This document shows positions 25,347 to 32,129 of a DNA stretch of 32,129 nucleotides, piece after piece. Origin of the DNA: a virus (taxonomy: Duplodnaviria > Caudoviricetes); IMG/VR virus record IMGVR_UViG_3300006482_000004, positions 1 through 32,129 of that record; one strand, written 5' to 3'. Position 1 is the stretch's first letter, and each line of letters opens with the position of its first letter. The notes below the pieces were generated by a model. The model was not told the origin of the DNA. It was given only the letters and a program-made list of their open reading frames with translations, and did no database searches. A program made the position numbers and the translations under genes.

Positions 25347-25867
25347 GGGGCCTCCACCTGGGGCAGGGTGATGGTAATGGCCGCGCCTGGCAGCCTGCGC
25401 TGCAACTCCTGGAGGATGTCCTCGAGGGACATGGCCTGGCCGAGGGGCGACGGCGCACCCTCCGGCTCCATGTCGGCCACCACAGAGGTAGATCTTTTGA
25501 CGGGGCTGGTCCCGGCGACCCCGTTGCCGCGCCTGCTGAGGACGATCTGCTCCCAAGTTATGCCCCGGGCAGACATCGCCGTCTTTACTTCCCCTACCCT
25601 TGAGTCCGGACGCGAGATTGCGTATCTTTGTAGCTTTGCGTTGGCGATATCCTTGGGCGATACGCCCAGGAGCGCGGCCAACTCCTTGGCCGTGTACGTT
25701 CTTTGATCCACAACCGCCTCCAGGGTCAGGTGTATTGCGCCTGCCGCGTCGGGCAGTCTGTCCATACAGCGGGCGCACAGGACTTGCTGCGAGTCCCAGT
25801 CCAGGCACAGGGATATCTCGGCGCACTCGCCATCAGTGGCCTTGCAGCCGAGCACGCCACAGATCAC
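25337..25867 (-). CDS. Cys-rich + HTH hypothetical protein
   Basis: GTG 25867 after AGGAGG; C..C/CARC cluster; YTAKELAALLGVSPKDI HTH. Confidence 0.72.
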   Translation of the reverse strand: MICGVLGCKATDGECAEISLCLDWDSQQVLCARCMDRLPDAAGAIHLTLEAVVDQRTYTAKELAALLGVSPKDIANAKLQRYAISRPDSRVGEVKTAMSARGITWEQIVLSRRGNGVAGTSPVKRSTSVVADMEPEGAPSPLGQAMSLEDILQELQRRLPGAAITITLPQVEAPCA

Positions 25868-25877
25868 CGCGAACCTC

Positions 25878-26393
25878 CTACGGACATTTTCCACCTTCAC
25901 CGCAGGGGCGATTTGTCTTTTCGCATAGCCATCCCTCACCGTCCTCGGCCCAGTCCCGCTTGCGATGGTGGCACGTGTACATCTCGGTAGATTCGGCCAG
26001 GACGGCCCGCACGAGCCGGCGATGGTCATCAAACCAGCGGTAGACCATGCGGCGCATGAGCCCGATCTGCTCCCCCTTGGCTCGCAGACCATAGATACGC
26101 CGGCCGGCCGCGTAGGCGGCTCCGACTTCGGCCCAGGCATCACAACCACTGGGGCCGATATAGATCACCAGGTCCGAGGTCCTGGCGCTGTCCACATCGT
26201 AGCGGAACTTGTTGTGGCCATCCTCGGAGTCGATCCATTGGACGGGATCGTTGCCACAACGGGCCATCTCCTCCGCGTCAGACGCGGAGCGAACAAAAGA
26301 CCGGACCTCGTGTCTGTTGGCCTCCAGAAGATCCGTCAGCATCTCCACGGCGTGCTTATGCCGCCAGGATGCGGCGATGTAGATGGTGATCAT
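25878..26393 (-). CDS. Nucleoside 2-deoxyribosyltransferase (NDT)-fold protein
   Basis: IYIAAS, D.....SDLVI, SG.DAWAEVGAAYAAG pattern with the catalytic-type Glu. Confidence 0.72.
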   Translation of the reverse strand: MITIYIAASWRHKHAVEMLTDLLEANRHEVRSFVRSASDAEEMARCGNDPVQWIDSEDGHNKFRYDVDSARTSDLVIYIGPSGCDAWAEVGAAYAAGRRIYGLRAKGEQIGLMRRMVYRWFDDHRRLVRAVLAESTEMYTCHHRKRDWAEDGEGWLCEKTNRPCGEGGKCP

Positions 26394-26707
26394 GCTGCTC
26401 CCGTCAGGTGGCCCAGCTCACGGGCCAAGCGGTTCAGTTTTTTGGCCAGCGCGCTCTGGCGACGCAGGATGTCCCTACGCGCCTTCTTGGTCCGGATCGC
26501 GGGCCATTCGGCCTGAACTCGGTCGTACAGTCCGCAAACACGCCGGAATTGCCGCTCCTTGCTGACCTTGACGATCACGGCCACAAGCTCCTCGCCAGCC
26601 CCCTTGCTGGTCTGGATTTGGGGCAGGACTTCGGCCAGCACTTCCGCAAGTACATCCTTGCTGGCCCGCATCAGCTGCGTCTTCATTTTGTTGTCCACGG
26701 CGATCAC
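26390..26707 (-). CDS. Hypothetical protein
   Basis: GTGA and ATGA overlaps with its neighbours. Confidence 0.7.
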   Translation of the reverse strand: MIAVDNKMKTQLMRASKDVLAEVLAEVLPQIQTSKGAGEELVAVIVKVSKERQFRRVCGLYDRVQAEWPAIRTKKARRDILRRQSALAKKLNRLARELGHLTGAA

Positions 26708-26904
26708 CAGCTTTCCCGGCCGCAGTGGGCGGCATGGTATTTCCGGAGGCGCGTTACGGGATAGTCCGTGCGGGCCGCCTCGCGCAGCTCTCTAGCCCAG
26801 TCGTGCAGCATGGTCTGGGCCTTGCCGCCCTGTTCGTAACCGTTGCGCTCCAGGTCATTGATGATCTCGGTAATGTAGAGCTTGTTTTTGGCTTCCGGTG
26901 TCAT
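26704..26904 (-). CDS. Hypothetical protein (66 aa) downstream of the ribozyme
   Basis: ATG 26904 with GGAG upstream: MTPEAKNKLYITEIINDLERNG... Confidence 0.7.
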   Translation of the reverse strand: MTPEAKNKLYITEIINDLERNGYEQGGKAQTMLHDWARELREAARTDYPVTRLRKYHAAHCGRESW

Positions 26905-26916
26905 GTCTGTCTCCGT

Positions 26917-26977
26917 GTGGCTGCTCATCAGGCCGGGCGCGCCACCGCCCGACGACCGCCCTGTGGGGCGGTTTCGC
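26917..26977 (-). ncRNA. Type II hammerhead ribozyme with pseudoknot
   Basis: GC-GAAA-CCGCCC(CACA)GGGCGG-UC^-GUCGGGCG(GUGGCG)CGCCCGGC-CUGAUGA-GC-A-GCCAC; all core nucleotides present; loop I GUGGC pairs with downstream GCCAC. Confidence 0.93.
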
Positions 26978-26990
26978 GATTGAGGAGCAG

Positions 26991-27206
26991 TCAGCGATAG
27001 ACCGCAAACTCGTTGCCCTGCCCCACGAAGTCCGGCAGTTCGCACATGCGCTCGCAGCGTGGGCAGATCAGGGTCTCGCCGCGCACGACGGCTCTGGCCC
27101 GGAGCTGTTCGCCGCGCCGGAGCTTCGTGCATGGCTCGTATTCGTGCACCACGGCCAGGACCGGGATGCCGCCGGGCGTGACGGATATGTGATGCAGAAT
27201 GCTCAT
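26991..27206 (-). CDS. Small zinc-ribbon-like hypothetical protein (71 aa)
   Basis: ATGA overlap with gam; CPRC motif. Confidence 0.72.
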   Translation of the reverse strand: MSILHHISVTPGGIPVLAVVHEYEPCTKLRRGEQLRARAVVRGETLICPRCERMCELPDFVGQGNEFAVYR

Positions 27207-27715
27207 GCCGCGTCCCCCTCCAGCACCTCGGCCTTGATGTCGATATAGAACTCGTCTTTGGTGTCCCGACGTGCGCCCACGGTGGCCAGTTTCTCATCGC
27301 TCCACCCGCGCAGGATCTCCTTATCCACCTCGGCCTTGCTGCGGATGGCCTCGGAAAAGCCGTAGTCGCGGATCTTGCCCAGGATCATGGCCCAGGTAGT
27401 CTTGGATGCGGCCTTGATGCTTGTGGTCAAACGGAAGCCGATCACGCCGAAAGCCAGGTCCAGACTCTTGCGCTTGGCGAACAGCTCGGCCTTGTTGTGC
27501 TCGGCGAATTGCGCCAGGGCCGCTTCCAGTTCTTTTCTGCGAGCCGCCAATGGCTCGGTCCTGAGCTTCGCGCCGGCCTTGGCCCGGTCGATGATCTCGT
27601 TGAGCCCCGCCTCGACGCCCTTGATGCTCCGTTCGATCTGGGCGATCTCGGACAGGGCCTGCTCGGCCGCCTTCAGGTCCGCGATGACCAGCACTTGGGG
27701 TTTGCTTCTGGCCAC
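27203..27715 (-). CDS. gam: Host-nuclease inhibitor Gam (Mu Gam family)
   Basis: GTG 27715 after AGGAGG; about 170 aa; KRKSLDLAFGVIGFR, IRSKAEVDKE, DEFYI. Confidence 0.93.
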   Translation of the reverse strand: MARSKPQVLVIADLKAAEQALSEIAQIERSIKGVEAGLNEIIDRAKAGAKLRTEPLAARRKELEAALAQFAEHNKAELFAKRKSLDLAFGVIGFRLTTSIKAASKTTWAMILGKIRDYGFSEAIRSKAEVDKEILRGWSDEKLATVGARRDTKDEFYIDIKAEVLEGDAA

Positions 27716-27731
27716 TGTCATCCTCCTATGG

Positions 27732-27974
27732 CTAATTATCACGCCAGCATTCCTCGCGGCAGGCGAGGCACTCGTTGCACATATGCTCAGGCTCCACGCA
27801 CGTGCCCTCGGCCTCTTCAATGTCGAGGCTCAGGCGCTCCAGCTGCCCCAAGGGTTCCTGGATGCCGCGCAGTTGCGCGTGGATGGGGCTCAACCGCTCC
27901 CACACCTCGGCCGGCACCGTGCCGGCCAGGCTGCCCAGTTCGTTCAGTGCCGCGCTAAATTTCTCGGCGATCAT
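27732..27974 (-). CDS. Hypothetical protein (80 aa)
   Basis: ATG 27974 after GGAGG; ATGA overlap; Cys-rich C-terminus. Confidence 0.72.
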   Translation of the reverse strand: MIAEKFSAALNELGSLAGTVPAEVWERLSPIHAQLRGIQEPLGQLERLSLDIEEAEGTCVEPEHMCNECLACREECWRDN

Positions 27975-28579
27975 GATTTCCTCCTGTTCCTGCGGATGGT
28001 TTCGCGGATGACCGGCCGTTGGGGGCCGGGATCGTTCATGAGTTCGTAGATAGTGAGGACCCCATCCTGTCCCGCCTCGGCCACATAGCCGGCCAGGCAG
28101 AGGAGCCTGACGTAATCCGCCACCGCGCCCTTGGCGCAGCCCGTGGCCTCGATCAGGGCGCGGCGGGTAAAGCGGCGCATGTCGCGGACGGCCAGCCATA
28201 TGCGGTCGCGGGCCGTGCCGGACTCGATGTCGCGCAGGCTGCCGGGCTGGACCAGGGCCTTCTGCACGCGCTGCCACGCGCCGGGCGTGGACTCGCGCAG
28301 CAACCGCACTTCGTGCGAGGCCATGTCCAGGACCAGGTCCAGCGTCATGCGCTCCTGACCGTCCGGGCTCGGCGCGGCCAGGGCCTGGCGGGCGGCCTGG
28401 GTGGCGCGATAGCGGCCTTGGCCGTGCGGGCGGATGTAGCCGGCGGAGGCAAGCCAGGCGCAGTAGGCCTGGGCCTGGTCGAGGTCCACGCCGGCGATGC
28501 GCGCCACGTCTATCGCGTCCCAGCCGGGACTGCTCGTGCCGATGACCCGCCACATGCGGTCGCGGTCGGACTGGTCCAT
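27971..28579 (-). CDS. Tandem winged-HTH protein typical of the position downstream of MuB
   Basis: Two internal repeats RDR(M/I)W......Y...L..AGY; C-terminal DPGPQRP. Confidence 0.82.
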   Translation of the reverse strand: MDQSDRDRMWRVIGTSSPGWDAIDVARIAGVDLDQAQAYCAWLASAGYIRPHGQGRYRATQAARQALAAPSPDGQERMTLDLVLDMASHEVRLLRESTPGAWQRVQKALVQPGSLRDIESGTARDRIWLAVRDMRRFTRRALIEATGCAKGAVADYVRLLCLAGYVAEAGQDGVLTIYELMNDPGPQRPVIRETIRRNRRKS

Positions 28580-29283
28580 CAGCTCCTCCAGGTGGCGACC
28601 TGACGGGCCACGTCGCCGGCCAGTTTGGCGTCAACCAATTTGGTCTCGCGGGCCTTGGCGGCCCGCTCGAGCTGACCGAGCAGAGTCCAGACCAGCCGGA
28701 AGTCGCCGTCGGCGCGGCGCACGATGAGCGCGCCGGCCTCGGGCGCGACCTCCAGCCCGGCGGCCTCCTCGGCCAGGATGGCCACGTCCTCCTCGCTGAC
28801 CGGCCCAAATTCCGCGACCTGCTTGACGCGGCTCCAGATGCGGCGGCGCTCGCCGAGCAGGCCCTTGAGTTCCAACTCGCCGATGAGCACCACGGGCGCG
28901 CCGGTCATGTCGTGGATGTCGCGCAGATCGTCGATGCGCTCCACATGCAGCCGGTCGGCCTCGTCCACAAAGATCGTGCGCGGGGCTGCGTCCAGGGACT
29001 CGATGACGCGGCGTTTACAGGTGGCGAAGTTGGCCGGACTCTCGCCGCTGGTGAGCAGGCACAGGGCCTGGACAAAGGCGGTCTTGGTCCAGCCGCCCAT
29101 GACGCGCAGGTAGATGCCGCCGTGTTGGGCGTAATAGTTGCGGGCCGTTTCGGTCTTGCCGCGCCCGGCCTGGCCGTAAACCAGCATGAAGCCGGTCTCG
29201 CCCTCCACGGTGTCCTCCAGGGCGCGCACCTTGCGCCGGAATTCCGTGACGTTGCCGGTCTCGATAAATACGTCCTTGCGCAT
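28579..29283 (-). CDS. Transposition ATPase (MuB-like AAA+)
   Basis: Walker A GQAGRGKT, Walker B IFVDEAD, LRDIHD, RIWSRV. Confidence 0.93.
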   Translation of the reverse strand: MRKDVFIETGNVTEFRRKVRALEDTVEGETGFMLVYGQAGRGKTETARNYYAQHGGIYLRVMGGWTKTAFVQALCLLTSGESPANFATCKRRVIESLDAAPRTIFVDEADRLHVERIDDLRDIHDMTGAPVVLIGELELKGLLGERRRIWSRVKQVAEFGPVSEEDVAILAEEAAGLEVAPEAGALIVRRADGDFRLVWTLLGQLERAAKARETKLVDAKLAGDVARQVATWRS

Positions 29284-29292
29284 GCGGTCTCC

Positions 29293-31425
29293 TTATGCTT
29301 TGGCCCGTCGCCGGGCGTACAACTGCGACAAACGCTCGAAGCGGGCCTGGGCCACCTCGCGGTACTCCTCGCCCGCCTCGTAGGCGGCCATGAACTCCTG
29401 ATCCGGCTCGCGTAACGGGATGCCGTCGCGGTGGAGCAACAGGAACAGGTACTCGTACTTGTCGATCTCGCTGATGATGTGCGGCAGCTCGGCCGGCGGG
29501 GTGTAGTCGCGACCGTCCCGATCCGCGCGGGCCTCGCGGGCCTGGCGCACGGCGCTCTCGATGCGCAGGACCTTGGATTGCGGCAGGGTCGGCGCGGCCG
29601 TGCCCGATTCGAGCGCCGTGGTCTCTTGCGTGGACTCGGCCAATTCGGCCATGCGCCTGCGCTGGTCGGCCAGGGCGTCCTCCAGCACGCCGCGCGCGAT
29701 GGACGAGGCGTCGCGCTCCTGGGTCTTTTTCAGGTCGATGGCATCCTGCAATTGGCGCTGGTCCTGCTCATCACCCAGGATGGACGCAGCCGGATGGATG
29801 CCGGGCACGCGCGTGGCCTCGCACAGGAGCGTTTTGCCTGTGGCGTCGTAGACCAGGACGCTCGATGCGTCGTGCAGGTCGTAGCGCACCAGCGCGGCGT
29901 GTGTGCGCGAGTACAGCTCCGGGGCGTAGTAGCGCCGACCAAACAGACGGATGCCATCGCGGGTGATCCTGGTCACACGCTGGCCCATCATGAGATGACG
30001 CAACTGGCGCTCGTCCACGCCTGGGCCTCGCCCGGCCAGGAAGACCTCGGCCGGACACTTGCCCTGCAGATGGCCGCGCTGGGGCCGGTTGATGTACTCG
30101 TCGATCCAGCGCGCCACGGCCACGTGCGTCTCCTCCAGGGTCAGGGCGCGGCCACCGGCCGCCTCCCAGACCTGGCGATGCAGCGCCTCGCCTCGGCCCA
30201 TGCGCGGCGGCTTGGTGTCGATGGACCAGCCGACATAGGACGGTGACCATTGCTCCAAGTCATGCAGAGTGCCGAAAAAACGCTCAATGGGCTTGGACTG
30301 CCCGTGGTAGGGCCAGGTAAAAATAGTGTGGATGCCAAGCTCGCCGAACAGGCCGGACAGGCCGGTCTGGCGGAAGTCCACGCCGTGGAAATACTTGGCG
30401 CGGAAGGCCTTGCCGTTGTCCAGGTAGGCCACGCGCGGATATTTGCCCAGGGTGAGGCAGGCCCGACGGAAGGCAGCCGCGATGGATTGCACGTTTTCCG
30501 TGGGCAGGATCTCCCAGCCCAGCGGGCAGTTGGAGGCCATGTCGTACCAGGCCACGAACTCCATGCGCTGGGCCTTGCCGGTCCAGGGATTGAGGGTCTC
30601 GAAGTTGAGCACGTGGCCATCGGCCACGGCGATGTCGCCGACCTGGATGCGTGAGTAGTCGCGGTCGATATAAAATGCGGCCAGATCGTTCCAGGCTTTT
30701 TTGCCTTGCCGCGTGTAGACCCAGGTTCCGAAATTCGTCTCCTGCCAGCGGCGCAGGAACCGGCGTATGGTCGCCTCGCTGGGGGGGATCAGGCCACGAT
30801 CCTGCATGACCGCCTCGGCCTGGCGCGCGACAGAGGACACCGTGGGCGCGTTGGGTCGCAAGGCGGCCCGCAGTACGATCTCCACATGCTCCTTGGCCAT
30901 GACCTGGCGCTCGGAGTTGTGCTCGCCCCGGCGGTCCACCAGGCTGACCACGCTGCCTCGACGCCGCAGGGAGACCTTCCAGCGCTCGAGCGACTTCCAA
31001 CTCACGCTCGGGCCGAGGACTTCCAGGAGCCTAGGCCACGCGCCGCCCTGGTAGGCCAGCACAAAGTTGTCGCGCGCCGCGGCCTTGGTTCCGGCCGGAG
31101 CCCTCTTCATCCACTCCACGTACAGGGCTACAACGTCAGCCTTGGCCAGAGCCTTGTCCTTCTTGGCCTCGGTCACCGGCGCAGTGGCCAGGGTCGGTGC
31201 GTCCGGAGCCGGCAGAGCCGGAGATGTCTCGGCGGATTCCGCCTCGTGGCGCAGGATCTTGATACGCATGGCCTCGGGCATGGAGGACACGAGCCACTCA
31301 TGGCCGCCGCCGCGACCTTTGCGCGGGCGGGATTGCCAGGATTCAGACTTGGCCTGGGCGTGTATCCGCTGCACGGATACACCCATGATCTTGGCCAATT
31401 CTCGCGTCGTGTATGCGTCCTTCAT
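29293..31425 (-). CDS. MuA-like DDE transposase
   Basis: N-terminal Mu HTH (W..RPRKGRGGG.EW), DDE triad ADGH / YLDNGKAF / KPIERFF, C-terminal VRYD.HD domain. Confidence 0.96.
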   Translation of the reverse strand: MKDAYTTRELAKIMGVSVQRIHAQAKSESWQSRPRKGRGGGHEWLVSSMPEAMRIKILRHEAESAETSPALPAPDAPTLATAPVTEAKKDKALAKADVVALYVEWMKRAPAGTKAAARDNFVLAYQGGAWPRLLEVLGPSVSWKSLERWKVSLRRRGSVVSLVDRRGEHNSERQVMAKEHVEIVLRAALRPNAPTVSSVARQAEAVMQDRGLIPPSEATIRRFLRRWQETNFGTWVYTRQGKKAWNDLAAFYIDRDYSRIQVGDIAVADGHVLNFETLNPWTGKAQRMEFVAWYDMASNCPLGWEILPTENVQSIAAAFRRACLTLGKYPRVAYLDNGKAFRAKYFHGVDFRQTGLSGLFGELGIHTIFTWPYHGQSKPIERFFGTLHDLEQWSPSYVGWSIDTKPPRMGRGEALHRQVWEAAGGRALTLEETHVAVARWIDEYINRPQRGHLQGKCPAEVFLAGRGPGVDERQLRHLMMGQRVTRITRDGIRLFGRRYYAPELYSRTHAALVRYDLHDASSVLVYDATGKTLLCEATRVPGIHPAASILGDEQDQRQLQDAIDLKKTQERDASSIARGVLEDALADQRRRMAELAESTQETTALESGTAAPTLPQSKVLRIESAVRQAREARADRDGRDYTPPAELPHIISEIDKYEYLFLLLHRDGIPLREPDQEFMAAYEAGEEYREVAQARFERLSQLYARRRAKA

Positions 31426-31473
31426 CTGTCGTAGTCCTGATGATCCTGGATGTACGTTCCGGTCCTACATAGC

Positions 31474-31492
31474 TGGGCCGCAAAACGGCCCA
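31474..31492. repeat. Inverted repeat/hairpin upstream of the transposase
   Basis: TGGGCCG-CAAAA-CGGCCCA. Confidence 0.7.
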
Positions 31493-31579
31493 CTGCTTGC
31501 GTTGTGGGTTTCAGCGCCCCCTGCTAAGGCTCTATCTGTTCCCCGATAAACCCTTCACCACTCGCAGGAGGCGCCGAAA

Positions 31580-32017
31580 ATGCCCATTCTCTCTCGATCC
31601 ATCGAAGCTAGGCGGAAGTGTCCTTTGTGTGGCTTTCAGGAATGCCGGAAGACGGAGTGCATGTTTTTTGTCGGCTTCGACGGTAAAGATTTCGAGTGCC
31701 TTTTCTTCCAGATACACAGCAACGCGGCCGGGGCGTTGGCGTACTCACTCCAGGCCTCTTTGGGGGCACGCATCCCAGAGGCAGAACTGTTGGTTGGGAT
31801 GCAGCCTGCATGGCTGAGAGCGCGGCTGGAAAGGCTCGAAGAAACGCTTGCGGACCTTGAGACAACAGCAAGCCTTCCATTGCTCGAACCACGTCTACTG
31901 CTACGCCTGCGAGAAGCCTCGAAGGGCCTCCTTGAGCACGCCGAGACATTGCGCGTAATTTTGAAAGATTCCGAACAACCTCGGGGCCGTAAACGCGCTT
32001 CACGTAAGAAGGAGTGA
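31580..32017 (+). CDS. Hypothetical protein with N-terminal Cys cluster, on the opposite strand
   Basis: AGGAGG RBS 7 nt before ATG; CPLC...C...C...C followed by a helical region. Confidence 0.6.
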   Translation: MPILSRSIEARRKCPLCGFQECRKTECMFFVGFDGKDFECLFFQIHSNAAGALAYSLQASLGARIPEAELLVGMQPAWLRARLERLEETLADLETTASLPLLEPRLLLRLREASKGLLEHAETLRVILKDSEQPRGRKRASRKKE

Positions 32018-32029
32018 GCATTTCAACAC

Positions 32030-32129
32030 CTACCACTTGTTTGGCTCGGGACATAAAGGAACAAACTCAACCCGAACCCTGAGAGTATGGCCGTGCATGA
32101 TTACCTCGATGGCGGAGGCCGCCACCAGT
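32030..32129 (-). CDS. Possible 3' end of an upstream early gene (partial)
   Basis: Frame open from the window edge: ..LVAASAIEVIMHGHTLRVRVEFVPLCPEPNKW*; too short to assign. Confidence 0.3.
   Translation of the reverse strand, partial: LVAASAIEVIMHGHTLRVRVEFVPLCPEPNKW

Larger units (their letters stand above)
1..32129 (-). mobile_element. Mu-like transposable prophage/phage (myovirus-type), partial; both ends outside the window
   Basis: MuA/MuB pair, Gam, GemA, Mu gp26-gp30-like packaging/head genes, gp36, gpG, sheath/tube/baseplate in co-oriented, tightly overlapping operons. Confidence 0.97.

Noticed and set aside
31608..32054. 148-aa minus-strand ORF as ner/repressor
   Set aside because: No HTH or RBS evident, and it overlaps a better-supported + strand ORF; repressor, ner and attL probably lie beyond the window

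Overview
The window is about 32 kb of a high-GC, Mu-like transposable (pro)phage with a contractile tail, encoded almost entirely on the minus strand. Both genome ends lie outside the window. From right to left it contains: MuA-type DDE transposase, MuB-type AAA ATPase, early/middle accessory genes (Gam, an NDT-fold protein, GemA/gp16, HTH proteins), an intrinsic terminator, a lysis cassette, terminase, portal, a MuF protein with a C-terminal nuclease-like (PBECR2-like) extension, protease/scaffold, decoration and capsid proteins, neck, sheath, tube, a chaperone with a -1 frameshift, tape measure, baseplate and a truncated tail fibre. A Desulfovibrionales-like host is my impression only. The strongest non-coding signals are three. 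(1) A consensus sigma70 promoter points against the late operon and would drive a ~110-nt, highly structured kissing-loop RNA that overlaps the 3' end of the MuF-nuclease gene; this is a candidate RNA-antitoxin/nuclease pair. (2) A complete type II hammerhead ribozyme lies in the early operon, with an upstream anti-core sequence placed right behind a stop codon. (3) A 9-bp direct-repeat motif is shared by both putative late promoters. All family assignments are by eye from motifs and synteny; no searches were run.
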